Part shown: in pieces, positions 18,140 through 31,656 of the stretch
How the letters are laid out: every line of letters begins with the position of its first letter
Position numbering within the stretch: the stretch's first letter is position 1
Assembly: GCA_024408235.1 (NCBI GenBank)
Contig: JAKSVF010000001.1
Location: 29,417-93,416, forward strand
Direction of reading: 5' to 3'
From: Bacilli bacterium
Lineage (GTDB): Bacteria > Bacillota_I > Bacilli_A > RFN20 > CAG-826
DNA: 64,000 bases
Made by a program: the position numbers and the translations under genes
The notes under the pieces: generated by a model
Database searches by the model: none
Told to the model about the DNA's origin: nothing
What the model saw: only the letters and a program-made list of their open reading frames with translations

Positions 18140-18951
18140 TGTTGGCAGAAACAGTTGACTTTAACTATAGACTCGCCCATTTCTGGGATTGGGATTTAGA
18201 CGGATCTTTATTCTCGTCTTTATTCGTAATGCTTATTCTGATTGTTCTTGCGGTCATTATTTTCATCAAAGTGAAGATCGGTATGAAGAAGAAGTCGTAC
18301 TTAGAGAAGCCAAAAGGACTTTTGCACCTTGTTGAAATTTATTTCAATTACATTGATAACTTAACCAAAGACAATATGGGCGAACATAACGAAGGCTGGG
18401 GCGGATATCTCTTTGGCCTATTCGCATATTTGTTCCTTGCGTTTATGTGGGGAGCAACGGGATTCCCATCTGTCATCGATTGGTTAGCTGCTCCTTTATG
18501 TTTATCGGTCGTGATGTTTATCATCATTCAGGTGACTGCGCTCAAATATCAGAAGTTCTCGTACTTCCATAGATATATTGAACCTTTTGCGATCTTCCTT
18601 CCTATAAACCTTGTTACGATGTGGGCTCCAATCATCTCAACCACAATGCGTTTGTTCGGTAACTCAATTTCCGGCTTTGTTTTGATCGGTATCGTTCAAT
18701 GGGCGTTAGGCAATGCCGCAAACATGGTTTATGGCGTTTTATTCAGCCCATCAATAGAGTTAACAAGCTTCGTGCTCGCACCGGTGGTGTCGGGCGTGTT
18801 GCAGTTATATTTCACCTTATTCTCCGGCGCTATTCAGACATTGGTCTTCGGATCGCTGAATGCAGTCTGGATTTCGGCTGAAATACCTGAACCGGTATCT
18901 CCAGCTTTAAATGATCAGATGAGACCTGAGGTCGCAACTGATGTTGAATAA
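18139..18951 (+). CDS. atpB: F0F1 ATP synthase subunit a
   Basis: It has the conserved Arg region TTMRLFGNSISG and the LQLYFTLFSGAIQTLVF helix. Confidence 0.95.
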   Translation: MLAETVDFNYRLAHFWDWDLDGSLFSSLFVMLILIVLAVIIFIKVKIGMKKKSYLEKPKGLLHLVEIYFNYIDNLTKDNMGEHNEGWGGYLFGLFAYLFLAFMWGATGFPSVIDWLAAPLCLSVVMFIIIQVTALKYQKFSYFHRYIEPFAIFLPINLVTMWAPIISTTMRLFGNSISGFVLIGIVQWALGNAANMVYGVLFSPSIELTSFVLAPVVSGVLQLYFTLFSGAIQTLVFGSLNAVWISAEIPEPVSPALNDQMRPEVATDVE

Positions 18952-18978
18952 GAAAAACTAATCCCAGGAGGTAAAAAT

Positions 18979-19233
18979 ATGGCAAGTGTGGAATTAGGTT
19001 TAGTAGCCATCGGCGCAGGTATCGCCGTTGGTATGGGTGCCTTATCATCAATTGGTGAAGGCCTCATCTGTGCTAAGGCACTCGAGGGTATGGCAAGAAA
19101 CCCTGAAATGCAGAAGAAGCTTCAGTCAACAATGATCTTGGCTGTTGCATTAGACGAATCAACAGCTATTTATGCTCTTATCGTCGCTATCCTTCTCATC
19201 TTCGTCTTCCCAGGATTGGCTGCAGGACTTTAA
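18979..19233 (+). CDS. atpE: F0F1 ATP synthase subunit c
   Basis: Gly-rich helix GAGIAVGMGAL, the MARNPE loop, and a DES carboxylate in helix 2. Confidence 0.95.
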   Translation: MASVELGLVAIGAGIAVGMGALSSIGEGLICAKALEGMARNPEMQKKLQSTMILAVALDESTAIYALIVAILLIFVFPGLAAGL

Positions 19234-19239
19234 TCGACT

Positions 19240-19794
19240 ATGGAAGCTATCGTTAGATTAACAACAGTTCTAGCGGATGCTCCTTTCAGTTCTGAAGATT
19301 TCATTAAGAAGCTCGTCCCTAATGGCTGGAGCTTACTCATCAATCTTCTTGCGCTGTTGGTTACTTTTACTGTGCTTTATTTCTTGGCTTATAAGCCAAT
19401 AAAGAAGTACTTGAAGGCAAGACAGGACGCAATCAAAGCGAACATTGATGAAGCAGAGGAAGCCAAACGAGTTGCGCAATCAACAATCATCAATCGTGAC
19501 GCTATCATTCAAGAAGCTAATGAACAGGCTGTAGCCATCATTAGCAAAGCTAAAGATGATGGTGAAAAGAGACGTCAGGAGATTGTTAAGGCTGCTGAAG
19601 ATGAGGCAGCAAAGAAACTTGAACAGGCTAGAGAGTCTATCAAGCAGGAAGAGATTGCCTCACGTGAAGCCATCAAGAAGGAGATCGTTGATGTCGCCAT
19701 GGATATTTCCCAGGCTGTTTTGCCACGTGAAATTTCCGATGAGGACAACAAGCGCCTTTTGGATGAGCTTACAAATCAATTAGAAGAGAAATAA
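19240..19794 (+). CDS. atpF: F0F1 ATP synthase subunit b
   Basis: N-terminal TM segment followed by a long charged coiled coil. The position fits the operon. Confidence 0.9.
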   Translation: MEAIVRLTTVLADAPFSSEDFIKKLVPNGWSLLINLLALLVTFTVLYFLAYKPIKKYLKARQDAIKANIDEAEEAKRVAQSTIINRDAIIQEANEQAVAIISKAKDDGEKRRQEIVKAAEDEAAKKLEQARESIKQEEIASREAIKKEIVDVAMDISQAVLPREISDEDNKRLLDELTNQLEEK

Positions 19795-19797
19795 TTT

Positions 19798-20346
19798 ATG
19801 AATAAGGACCGCTACGCAAACTACGCACAAGCATTGTTATCCTTTGCAAAAGAGGAGAATGATGTTCAGGGCTATAAGAATGATGTCCTCTATGTTTCAA
19901 ATGTTCTCGACGAGAACAAGGAACTAGTGGAGTTTTTGTCATCCATGAGCGTATCGGAAACCGGCATAAACTCAGTTATTGATAGCGTCTTCGGAAATCT
20001 GAAGAGTAAGCATCTTTGCTCGTTCTTAAAACTCCTTTCCGCAAAGCATATATCTCGTCATTATGACAAGATATTCTCGGCATTCATCTCGCTAAGCAAT
20101 GCCGAACTAGGCGTTAAGGAAGGAATCATCTATTCAGTGGATGAGATGTCAAGCGATGACATCAAGAAAATTGAAGAATCGCTATCAAAGAGATTGGAAT
20201 CAAAAGTCTATCTCGAAAACCGTATCGATCACGATTTGATCGGCGGATACAAAATCAGCATCGATGGAAAGGTATATGACTCTTCCGTCGTTTCAAAACT
20301 CAACCGTTTAAAAGCGGTACTCTATAAAACAGAAGGAGGCAAATAA
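19798..20346 (+). CDS. atpH: F0F1 ATP synthase subunit delta
   Basis: OSCP-like protein of 182 aa that sits between atpF and atpA. Confidence 0.9.
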   Translation: MNKDRYANYAQALLSFAKEENDVQGYKNDVLYVSNVLDENKELVEFLSSMSVSETGINSVIDSVFGNLKSKHLCSFLKLLSAKHISRHYDKIFSAFISLSNAELGVKEGIIYSVDEMSSDDIKKIEESLSKRLESKVYLENRIDHDLIGGYKISIDGKVYDSSVVSKLNRLKAVLYKTEGGK

Positions 20347-21875
20347 TGAGCAACAGAACCTCTGATATCTCAGCTCTCATCAAGGAGCAAATCAAAAAGT
20401 ATTCAGGCGAAGTAGTCGAGGAAAATGCGGTTGGTACCGTTATTTCCGTAGGTGACGGAATCGCAACTGTTTACGGTTTAAAGGGCGCTATGCTCTCTGA
20501 ATTACTCGAATTCCCTAATGACATTTATGGTATGGTCATGAATCTTAACGTCGATAACGTTGGCGTTGTTCTTCTTGGCTCAGACCGTTTAATTAAGGAA
20601 GGCGACTTGGTCAAAGAAACCGGTAAGGTTGTCGAAGTTCCTGTCGGTGATGGAATGCTCGGAAGAGTTATTTCACCTTTAGGCCAGCCTTTAGATAATT
20701 TAGGCCCAATCGAATACTCAAAAACTAGACCAATTGAAAGAATCGCTCCAGGTGTTATGACCCGTAAATCGGTCAATACTCCTATGGAAACAGGAATCAA
20801 GGCAATTGACTCCATGATCCCTATTGGACGTGGACAGCGTGAGCTCATCATCGGTGACCGTCAGACTGGAAAAACCTCCATTGCAATCGACACGATCATC
20901 AACCAGAAGGGCAAAAATGTTAAATGCGTCTATGTCGCAATCGGACAGAAGAATTCTTCAGTTGCTTCCTTGACTAATAAATTAAAAGAAAAAGGCTGTT
21001 TAGATTACTGCGTTATCGTTAACGCTTCGGCATCTGAACCAGCACCTCAGCAGTATATCGCTCCATTCGCAGGCATGGCTATTGCGGAAGAATGGATGGA
21101 GCAGGGACAGGATGTCTTAATCGTATTTGACGATTTATCAAAACACGCTGTCGCTTATCGTACTTTGTCGCTTCTTTTAAGAAGAGCGCCAGGACGTGAG
21201 GCTTATCCAGGTGACATCTTCTATCTCCATTCAAGACTCTTGGAGAGAGCTTGCAAACTTAATGCTAAATATGGTGGTGGTTCAATCACCGCTCTCCCTA
21301 TCATCGAGACTCAGGCGGGCGACATCTCTGCCTATATTCCAACTAACGTCATTTCCATCACTGATGGCCAAATATTCTTAGTTACAGACTTCTTTGCATC
21401 AGGTCAAAGACCAGCGGTCGATTCTGGTTTCTCCGTTTCGCGTGTTGGCTCTGCAGCCCAGTACAAATGCATGAAACAAGTATCCTCTTCCTTAAAGATT
21501 GAGCTTGCAAACTATAGAGAAAATCTCTCATTCAGCCAGTTTGGCAGCGATCTTGATGCGGAGACAAAGAGAATTCTTAATCACGGTGCTATTGTCACCG
21601 AATCACTCAAGCAGAAGAACAATTCTCCTCTTGCTTTCTATGAAGAGGTCATTGATTTATTTGCAGTTAAAAACAGATATTTAGACGACCTTGATCTTAA
21701 GGCAGTCAACCCATTCCTCACCGCTTTAAGAGAAGAAATCATGACTTCTCATAACGACATCGTTGAGGAATTAAAAGAGAAGAAGATTTTCTCTAAAGAA
21801 TTAGAAGCTAAACTCTCAAACGCCATTGCATCATTCAAGAATGATAAGTGGCCTTCGATCTCAACTACAAAATAA
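20346..21875 (+). CDS. atpA: F0F1 ATP synthase subunit alpha
   Basis: P-loop [18 protein letters not shown], plus the ITDGQIFL and PAVD motifs. Confidence 0.97.
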   Translation: MSNRTSDISALIKEQIKKYSGEVVEENAVGTVISVGDGIATVYGLKGAMLSELLEFPNDIYGMVMNLNVDNVGVVLLGSDRLIKEGDLVKETGKVVEVPVGDGMLGRVISPLGQPLDNLGPIEYSKTRPIERIAPGVMTRKSVNTPMETGIKAIDSMIPIGRGQRELIIGDRQTGKTSIAIDTIINQKGKNVKCVYVAIGQKNSSVASLTNKLKEKGCLDYCVIVNASASEPAPQQYIAPFAGMAIAEEWMEQGQDVLIVFDDLSKHAVAYRTLSLLLRRAPGREAYPGDIFYLHSRLLERACKLNAKYGGGSITALPIIETQAGDISAYIPTNVISITDGQIFLVTDFFASGQRPAVDSGFSVSRVGSAAQYKCMKQVSSSLKIELANYRENLSFSQFGSDLDAETKRILNHGAIVTESLKQKNNSPLAFYEEVIDLFAVKNRYLDDLDLKAVNPFLTALREEIMTSHNDIVEELKEKKIFSKELEAKLSNAIASFKNDKWPSISTTK

Positions 21876-21887
21876 TAAGGATTTCTA

Positions 21888-24165
<2,278 letters not shown>

Positions 24166-24166
<1 letters not shown>

Positions 24167-24471
24167 TGAGTGAGAAGATAGTTCTTACAATATTATCTGC
24201 CAAGGGCCTCGTTTTCGAAGGCGAAGTGGATGAGTGTTATGTTCCTACTAACACTGGTCCCGTCGGCATATTAAGGGGTCACACTCCGTATATTGCATCG
24301 CTTAAAAACGTTGGCATTTTGAAATTCACATCTCGCAGTGTGAAATCTTTCTACGTTATCAAACAAGGCGCTGTCGAGATGAAAGGTGAAAGGCTTTTAA
24401 TAATCACCACCGAAGCAATTTGCGCTAAATCTTTAGCAGATGCTGAAAAAATTATTGAAGATTTTAAATAA
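24166..24471 (+). CDS. atpC: F0F1 ATP synthase subunit epsilon
   Basis: 101 aa; the start overlaps the atpD stop. Typical epsilon size and position. Confidence 0.9.
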
Positions 24472-24488
24472 TATAGGATTATTACGGC

Positions 24489-25712
24489 ATGAATTTCATT
24501 TATATCTCGCCTAATTTTCCAGAAAGATACTTCCAATTCGTGAAAGAACTCCGTGCTAGGGGCATGAATGTTCTTTGCATTGGTGACACACCATACACAG
24601 CTTTATTGCCTGAATTGAAGGAGTCAGCAACCGAATATTACTGGCTTCCTACCCTCAGTGACTATGAAGCTGTTTTAAATGCATGCCGTTTCTTCGAAAA
24701 GAAGTATGGCAAAATCGACTACCTCGAGTCCAATAACGAGTGGTGGCTAACGCAGGATGCTCGTTTGAGAAAAGATTTAGGAATCACAACCGGTCTTTTG
24801 CCAGAGGACATGAACGCCATTAAAGCTAAATCAGCCATGAAACAGGCATTCTCTCGCGCAGGCGTTAAAACAATGCGTTACGTGTTGGTGGATGGGCCAA
24901 AAGACCTTGAAAAGGCTAAAAAGTTCGTTGAAGAAGTGGGTTATCCTGTCTTCGTTAAGCCTGATGTCGGTGTTGGCGCTTCTGATTCATATTCCATAAA
25001 AACAGAAGAGAGGCTTCTTGAATTCCTTTCAAAGGAACTCCCTGAGACATATATCATGGAAGAATATATCGATGGTTCGATCGTGTCGTTTGATGGATGT
25101 TGCGATTCTAATTCTAATGTCGTTTTCTGCTGCACCGATCATTTCCCTGTCGCAGTCGCAATAACGGTTAATGAGAATCTTGATAACTTCTATTGGAACA
25201 CGCCATTTGAACTCCCGATGCAGGATGTTGATCCTGTCGCATTCGAAAAGGCTGGAAGAGCAGTTGTTAAATCATTTGGAATTAAGAAACGTTTGTTCCA
25301 CATCGAGTTCTTCGTTCTTAAATCTGATAGGCCTGGACTTGCGAAGAAAGGCGAGTTTATTGCTTTAGAATGCAATATGCGCTGCCCGGGAGGTAACACA
25401 CCTGACCTCATGAATTACGCTAATTCAGTTTCGTTGCACGCTATATATGCAGATGTTATTGCGTATGATGAAAATAGACAGGCGATGAACCTTGAGAAGT
25501 ACTACGCTTTTGCGGTCAGCAGAAAAGATTGCATGAAATACGCGCATTCGCATGAAGATATTTGCAACCTCTTCAAATCTCAATTGATGGTTTCTGGCAG
25601 ATATCCACACGGCATCTCTGAGGTCATGGGCGACCAATACTACTATGGCAAATTTAAAACGTACGAGGAAGGTTTGAAATTCCAGTCGTACGTTCAAGAA
25701 TATTTATCCTAA
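24489..25712 (+). CDS. ATP-grasp domain protein of unknown specificity
   Basis: It has the ATP-grasp B/C-domain signatures (YPVFVKPDVGVGASDSYSI, IMEEYIDGSIVSFDG, EFFVLK...ALECNMRCPGG). It starts 17 nt after atpC with no intervening terminator. Confidence 0.6.
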   Translation: MNFIYISPNFPERYFQFVKELRARGMNVLCIGDTPYTALLPELKESATEYYWLPTLSDYEAVLNACRFFEKKYGKIDYLESNNEWWLTQDARLRKDLGITTGLLPEDMNAIKAKSAMKQAFSRAGVKTMRYVLVDGPKDLEKAKKFVEEVGYPVFVKPDVGVGASDSYSIKTEERLLEFLSKELPETYIMEEYIDGSIVSFDGCCDSNSNVVFCCTDHFPVAVAITVNENLDNFYWNTPFELPMQDVDPVAFEKAGRAVVKSFGIKKRLFHIEFFVLKSDRPGLAKKGEFIALECNMRCPGGNTPDLMNYANSVSLHAIYADVIAYDENRQAMNLEKYYAFAVSRKDCMKYAHSHEDICNLFKSQLMVSGRYPHGISEVMGDQYYYGKFKTYEEGLKFQSYVQEYLS

Positions 25713-26537
25713 TTACTTGTAGCCCTTAATAAGCGATCTAGCAGCGTCTAGGTCGTTTTTTACATTAACAGTGCCGTCTTCACATATCAGTAGAGGTTCG
25801 TATTCATTTAAAGAATATGCATCGAGAACTGATTGTTTGTTCGAATCGTCTAGCAAATCGAAATCAATGATGTCGACCCTCTTTTTTGATTTTTTGATTT
25901 CTGGGTATAACTCATTTTTATAGAAGTCAACTGAATCGTTATTGGTCGAATCTAATAAGTACTTAAGTGTTTTCTCATCTGTTATTGAGAAGGTTCTTGT
26001 GTGATATATCTCTGTAAGGGTAACGAATCTTTTGACTTCAACAGAGAGCCTAGAATATGAAACCGCTCCACCGACTATTTCAAAGGCTTTTTCAGAGTTT
26101 AGTCCAAGAACAGAAGGAGTTGCTGCGGAGATTAGCTCTTCATCTCCCTCAGCATATCCATAATACTCGTTCAAAGCGTCAACTTGTTTATGATATTCCT
26201 GGTACGTCTCATATGTTTTACCAGTATTCTCTATTACTCCGTACGCGATTGAGTTGGCTTTGCAGAAACCAACAAAAGTGTCTTTGAATCTAATGCAATG
26301 ACCACATGTCGTTTGCGTTAAGACAACTAGCATCCCAATACCCAAATCAAGTTGAGGTTTAATCTCGTCCCAGTTTTTGTAGTAGGCGTGATTGGAATAC
26401 GCAAGAGTGTCGTCTTCAAACGAAAGATTTACTTCCTCGGTCCTATCGACAAAAAAAGTTTTGCTGCCAACCCCATCTCCGCACGAGGTAAGGAGCAATG
26501 GCAAAATAGAAATCTCTAAGACAACTCTTTTTTTCAT
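25713..26537 (-). CDS. Thioredoxin-fold lipoprotein with a CxxC motif
   Basis: Signal peptide plus lipobox (LLLTSC), and a TTCGHCIRF CxxC motif in a thioredoxin-like context. Its stop abuts the ATP-grasp stop. Confidence 0.65.
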   Translation of the reverse strand: MKKRVVLEISILPLLLTSCGDGVGSKTFFVDRTEEVNLSFEDDTLAYSNHAYYKNWDEIKPQLDLGIGMLVVLTQTTCGHCIRFKDTFVGFCKANSIAYGVIENTGKTYETYQEYHKQVDALNEYYGYAEGDEELISAATPSVLGLNSEKAFEIVGGAVSYSRLSVEVKRFVTLTEIYHTRTFSITDEKTLKYLLDSTNNDSVDFYKNELYPEIKKSKKRVDIIDFDLLDDSNKQSVLDAYSLNEYEPLLICEDGTVNVKNDLDAARSLIKGYK

Positions 26538-26613
26538 ACTATTAATATATCAGCATTTAACATTTCTAACTACATTCGTTAAAAAATGATAAAGTAATGG
26601 GGAGGTATTACAT

Positions 26614-27168
26614 ATGGCAAATATGCACGTTATATGGCACTCAGTGTCAAAAGACAGGATTAAACCTGAAAGATTTTTAGCATGTATTGAAATCAGTGCT
26701 GGATCAAAGAATAAATATGAACTTGATAAAGAGTCGGGTATGTTGATTCTCGACAGAATCCTTTACACATCGACCCATTATCCGCAGAACTACGGATTCA
26801 TTCCTCGCACCTTATCTGAAGACGGTGACCCATTAGACGTATTGGTTCTATGTTCTGAGCCTATCCTTCCAATGGCCACAACCATATGTTATCCAATTGG
26901 GCTTCTTGAAATGATAGATGGTGGAAAACTCGATGAGAAAGTTATCGCCGTATGCGCTCACGATCCACTGTATAGAGGATATAAAGATATAACAGAGCTT
27001 CCTATTCATATCACAGAAGAAATCCAACATTTCTTTAGAGTCTATAAGGACCTTGAACATGGTAAGTTCACCGATGTTGGAGAAATGAAGGGAAGACAGG
27101 CCGCCATCGATGCGATTATAAAAGATTGCAAAGCTTATGATGAGGCGTTTCCAAATAACACAAAATAA
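26614..27168 (+). CDS. ppa: Inorganic pyrophosphatase, family I
   Basis: [22 protein letters not shown] and the DHDPLY-like motifs. Its size is 184 aa. Confidence 0.95.
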   Translation: MANMHVIWHSVSKDRIKPERFLACIEISAGSKNKYELDKESGMLILDRILYTSTHYPQNYGFIPRTLSEDGDPLDVLVLCSEPILPMATTICYPIGLLEMIDGGKLDEKVIAVCAHDPLYRGYKDITELPIHITEEIQHFFRVYKDLEHGKFTDVGEMKGRQAAIDAIIKDCKAYDEAFPNNTK

Positions 27169-27233
27169 TAAATAGGCTGAAACAGTGAACTAAATGGGGT
27201 TCAGTTCATAGATCAGCCATTTTTATTTTAAAA

Positions 27234-28649
27234 CTATTTTCCTATATCCATTCTGACAGCGGACTTTAGTAAATCTTTAGTATGTTTTGATATATTATCA
27301 ATCCTAATTGATTCAAATTGTTTTACTATAGCTTGTCCAGAAACATTTCCTTTGCGAACGTTGCGGCGGAAAGTGTACATGACTTCACCATCTTCTCGAT
27401 GTGAATTCAATAGCGCAATCTCGGCAGCTACACGTATCTCCTCTTCACTTGCATCATCCTTTTTAATGACGACATGCGAGCCAGAATCTCCCATGATGTG
27501 AAGCCACATATGATTCTTGCTTGTGCCAAATAAGAATGTTAGGCAGTCATTCTGCTTGGATGTTTTTCCAAATAGAATTCTTGTCCCCTTGTAATCGACT
27601 TGATATGGGAGTGTAGCTAACGAAAGCGAATCAAAAGTGTCTTTTCTCTTTTTATTTGTTTTCTTTCCAAGGCCTAAATCCTTTTCAAGAATTTCAAGTC
27701 CTTCTTCATCGGCGGCCAAAACTTGTTTGAGAGCAGAAGCGACGTTTTCTAACTCCTCCTCGGTCTTAAGAATGTTTTCTTCACCGTATGCGATTGTCTG
27801 TTTTGCCTTCTTCGCGTTTTTATAATACTTTTCTGCATTCTTAGGGAGAGATTTCAAAGGATCTAATTTAATGAGTTCACCTTCGTATACAAATGATTTG
27901 GCGCCATCCTTTATGTCGCTGTAGCAGATGTATATGGCGTCTCCAAATCGAGCGTCATCTAAATGCGTCTTAGCTTCCTCGATTTCTTTCTGAAGAACGA
28001 CGATCTTTTTGGCTAAAGATTTTTCTTTTGCCTTAAGAGTTGTAATAATGTGGCCAAAGCGATCTTTTTTTCTTCTTGCAGAAATCTCTATTTCCTTATC
28101 AAGACAGTGTTTCAAATATTCGTTTGGGTCAAATCCATTTTCCTCATGCTGGAAATTACCTTTTGGAGGGTAGGAGTATGTCATACCTCTGTATAAAGGT
28201 CTTGCATCGGTAAAGTCTCCTGGTCTATATGAAACGATGATTTTGTCATTTGCGTCCGTGACAATAAGGTTCGCATGATGAGGAATCATCTCGAAATACA
28301 TATTCCTGGATTCTTCTTTATAGACTGAGTTGATTATTGTGAGAGTGAACTTAACTATTTTATTTTTCTCGGCGCACTCCATATCGATGATATATGCATT
28401 TCCGACTTCTTTTTGAAATTGGTCAAGGAACCTAGAATCTTGCCCTCTTCCGTCTATTGAATGGGTTGCCGTGTAGAATCTTGGGTCCGCATCATCTAGA
28501 GAAATTACAAATCGATGATCGTCTTTTCCGGACAAGTGGAAGAATATGGAATTTGATGCATAGAAAAATGGATGAGAGATATGCTTATTGATAAGCTTTT
28601 CTTTCATAAATGTTACAAAGTTTTCCAAATTTTCAGCAGTAAATCTCAT
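27234..28649 (-). CDS. NFACT-family protein (FbpA/RqcH-like, short form)
   Basis: The C-terminal NFACT-R/DUF814 signature is present (KNHMWLHIMGDSGSHVVIK), and the central region is a coiled coil. Confidence 0.6.
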   Translation of the reverse strand: MRFTAENLENFVTFMKEKLINKHISHPFFYASNSIFFHLSGKDDHRFVISLDDADPRFYTATHSIDGRGQDSRFLDQFQKEVGNAYIIDMECAEKNKIVKFTLTIINSVYKEESRNMYFEMIPHHANLIVTDANDKIIVSYRPGDFTDARPLYRGMTYSYPPKGNFQHEENGFDPNEYLKHCLDKEIEISARRKKDRFGHIITTLKAKEKSLAKKIVVLQKEIEEAKTHLDDARFGDAIYICYSDIKDGAKSFVYEGELIKLDPLKSLPKNAEKYYKNAKKAKQTIAYGEENILKTEEELENVASALKQVLAADEEGLEILEKDLGLGKKTNKKRKDTFDSLSLATLPYQVDYKGTRILFGKTSKQNDCLTFLFGTSKNHMWLHIMGDSGSHVVIKKDDASEEEIRVAAEIALLNSHREDGEVMYTFRRNVRKGNVSGQAIVKQFESIRIDNISKHTKDLLKSAVRMDIGK

Positions 28650-28740
28650 AACATGAACAATAATACCATTAAATGCGTTAATTAACTATTTTAGTTACTA
28701 GTCATTGTAACAAAATGAAAATATAACTATACTTTTTACA

Positions 28741-29328
28741 ATGAAACGTGGATTGTTGATTATTATGTCAGGACCTAGCGGTGTCGGGAAAGGCACAGTT
28801 AGACAGAAAGTTATGGAGGATGAGACACTCAACCTCGCATATTCCATTTCCATGACTACACGCGGTCCACGCGCTGGTGAAGAAAACGGAAGAGAGTATT
28901 TTTTCGTCACTAAAGAAGAATTTGAGAAGAACATCAAAGAGGGCAACCTCCTTGAATATAACTTCTTTGTATCCAATTATTACGGTACACCAAAGAGTTA
29001 TGTCGATCAGTTAAGGAATGAAGGAAAGAACGTTCTTTTGGAAATCGATGTCAACGGCGCTAAAACTGTCATGGCTAAGTGCAAAGAGATTGGCGACGAC
29101 GTCGTTTCATTCTTCATCCTTCCTCCATCAATGCAGGCTTTAGAAAATCGTATCAGGGGCAGAAGAAGTGAGCCTGAAGACGTCATTCAAGAAAGACTTT
29201 CCAAGGCAGCAGCCGAAATTGACCAATCATCTAATTACAAATATCCGGTTGTTAATGACAACCTTGAAGAAACGGCTAAACTTATCCGCGATATCATTGT
29301 AAAAGAAAGTAACAAAAATTCTGATTAG
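28741..29328 (+). CDS. gmk: Guanylate kinase
   Basis: P-loop GPSGVGKGTV plus the signature TTRGPRAGEENGREYFFV. Confidence 0.95.
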   Translation: MKRGLLIIMSGPSGVGKGTVRQKVMEDETLNLAYSISMTTRGPRAGEENGREYFFVTKEEFEKNIKEGNLLEYNFFVSNYYGTPKSYVDQLRNEGKNVLLEIDVNGAKTVMAKCKEIGDDVVSFFILPPSMQALENRIRGRRSEPEDVIQERLSKAAAEIDQSSNYKYPVVNDNLEETAKLIRDIIVKESNKNSD

Positions 29329-29361
29329 TTAATATGCTCAACATAGTTGTATAATTGAATT

Positions 29362-31563
29362 ATGCAATTAGTGAGCGTCTTAACACAGTATGGAGCTCGT
29401 GCATTAGCGCGAACTTTTTCTTATGTGTACTTTGGCAAGAAAAAAGTTGCTGAGCGTTTTAGAGTAAGAATCAACTTTAACGGTAAAGAAATCATGGGCT
29501 TTGTAACAGAAGTTCAGGTTGTCGATAAAACCCAAAATGAGCTTGAACAGGAGTGCGGATACGCAATAAAAGAGATTTACGAGTCAGACATCATTGATGA
29601 GGAACCTCTTATTAATGATGAATTGATGGAACTCGCCAATCAGGTTGCCGATTATTACATGGCGCCTCTTATCTCTGTTCTTCAGGCAATGCTCCCAAAG
29701 ACATTATCGCCAAAGATGTCATCATTGAAGGGTCCTAAAATCGCATATGAGAAGTGGGCCAAGGTTATAGATCAAAATGAAGACGGCCTTACACCAAAAC
29801 AAATAGAAATGTTGAGGCTCATCGCATCGAATGGTGATGTTCTCAAGAAAGAGTGCGGATCACCTGCGATTCTTAAAGCGTTAGAAGATAAGAAGAAAGT
29901 GCTTATTTTTAATAAGGAGAAGATGAGATTCGTTCTTCCTCCTGAAGAAAGAGAAAATCCGCATGAGATGTCTCTTGAGCAAAGAAGCGCATATGACACA
30001 ATTCTTTCTGCGCAGAAAGATGTTGTACTACTTCAGGGTGTTACTGGTTCTGGTAAAACCGAGGTATATCTTAGAGTATCGGAGAAATATCTCGAGGATG
30101 GAAAGACTGTTTTAATGCTTGTTCCCGAGATTAATCTCACCCCTCAGATGGTCGAGTATTTTTCACGCAGATTCGGGCCAAAAGTCGCGATTCTTCATAG
30201 CGAGTTGACCCCAGGGGAAAGATATGACGAATATCGTAGAATCGCGCAAGGCAAGGCTCAGATTGTTGTGGGGGCTAGAAGTGCGGTTTTCGCTCCGTTA
30301 AACAACATCGGATTAATCATCTTAGACGAAGAACACGTCGAGTCATATAAACAGGATAATTCTCCATATTACCACGCGAGAGAAGTCGCCATTATGAGAG
30401 GCAAGATCTCTAATGCAAAGGTGTTGCTTGGTTCTGCTACGCCTACTCTTGAGACAAAAGCTCGCGCTATGAGAGGCGTCTATGGTTACGCTGAGATGAA
30501 AAATAGAGTCAATAAGCGTCCTCTTCCTAAGACTCAGATCATAGATTTATGCAATAGATTTAACTACGATAAAAAATCCGAAAAGATCACAAAGCCTGTT
30601 TTACAGGCTATCCAAGAAAGAATCGGAAGAAAAGAACAGTCATTACTTCTCATCAACAGACGTGGATACTGGACCGCCATAAATTGTCCTCAATGCGGAT
30701 ACATTTTCGCTTGCCCTCAATGCGGAGGCAATCTTACATACCATGTTCACGACCACATGCTCAAATGCCATCACTGCGGTGAAGTCCAGATTCATCCTGA
30801 CAAATGTCCTGGCTGTGGTTATACCAAATTAAGAAGAGTTGGATATGGGACGGAACGAATTGTTGAGGAACTTAAAGAGATTATTCCAGGTTGTAGAGTG
30901 GCAAGAATGGATTCTGATGTCAGCCAAGTTTCCAAAAAAATGGAAGAGACTTTGAAGGCATTTAGAAACGGTGAATACGATATCCTTGTCGGAACTCAAA
31001 TGATTGCAAAAGGACATGACTTCCCTAACGTCACGCTATCAAGTGTTGTTATGGCAGATATCGGATTATCTCTGCCTACATATCGCGCGGCGGAGAGAAC
31101 CTTCCAGCTGATCGCGCAGGCTGTTGGAAGAAGTGGTCGCTCATCAAAAGAAGGTGTCGCTTTCATACAGACTTATAACCCTAAACATTATGCCATAACT
31201 CTCGGTGCTACCCAGGATTTTGAAAGATTTTTCATTCGCGAAATGAATGAGAGAAAGCTTACCCAATACCCTCCATATGTCTATTTAATCCTACTTGAAT
31301 TCGCTTCTGCTAATGAAGAAAAATGCGTAAATGCAGCTTATGACATTAAGACAGCTCTAGAGGATAAAAACCTCGACACATTGACGGTTGTTGGACCGAT
31401 TACCCCGTTCTATTCGATGATAGCAGGAAAACATAAGAGAGTCGTTCTTCTAAAAATGAAGAAACGCGAACCTGTTGTCGAGGCCTTAAAAGACCTTTTA
31501 TCATCGCCTATTTCTTCAGGCTCCGTCGACATTTCAATCAACGTTGACCCATTAGATTATTAA
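29362..31563 (+). CDS. priA: Primosomal protein N' (replication restart helicase)
   Basis: N-terminal 3'-DNA-binding domain, Walker A GVTGSGKTEVYL, DEEH, and a Cys4 zinc insert (CPQCG...CPQCG...CHHCG...CPGCG). Confidence 0.95.
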   Translation: MQLVSVLTQYGARALARTFSYVYFGKKKVAERFRVRINFNGKEIMGFVTEVQVVDKTQNELEQECGYAIKEIYESDIIDEEPLINDELMELANQVADYYMAPLISVLQAMLPKTLSPKMSSLKGPKIAYEKWAKVIDQNEDGLTPKQIEMLRLIASNGDVLKKECGSPAILKALEDKKKVLIFNKEKMRFVLPPEERENPHEMSLEQRSAYDTILSAQKDVVLLQGVTGSGKTEVYLRVSEKYLEDGKTVLMLVPEINLTPQMVEYFSRRFGPKVAILHSELTPGERYDEYRRIAQGKAQIVVGARSAVFAPLNNIGLIILDEEHVESYKQDNSPYYHAREVAIMRGKISNAKVLLGSATPTLETKARAMRGVYGYAEMKNRVNKRPLPKTQIIDLCNRFNYDKKSEKITKPVLQAIQERIGRKEQSLLLINRRGYWTAINCPQCGYIFACPQCGGNLTYHVHDHMLKCHHCGEVQIHPDKCPGCGYTKLRRVGYGTERIVEELKEIIPGCRVARMDSDVSQVSKKMEETLKAFRNGEYDILVGTQMIAKGHDFPNVTLSSVVMADIGLSLPTYRAAERTFQLIAQAVGRSGRSSKEGVAFIQTYNPKHYAITLGATQDFERFFIREMNERKLTQYPPYVYLILLEFASANEEKCVNAAYDIKTALEDKNLDTLTVVGPITPFYSMIAGKHKRVVLLKMKKREPVVEALKDLLSSPISSGSVDISINVDPLDY

Positions 31564-31656
31564 TACCCATTTTTGATAATTTTATCAAATTTTACTATTC
31601 CTCTATTCGTGGCATTTTTTCATGTGATATAATCACATATGAATCGAGGATTCAAT

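Noticed and set aside
27169-27233. Possible terminator hairpin after ppa
   Set aside because: Only short 5-bp stems with long loops (ctgaa...ttcag, aatgg...ccatt) precede the T-tract. It is too weak to call.
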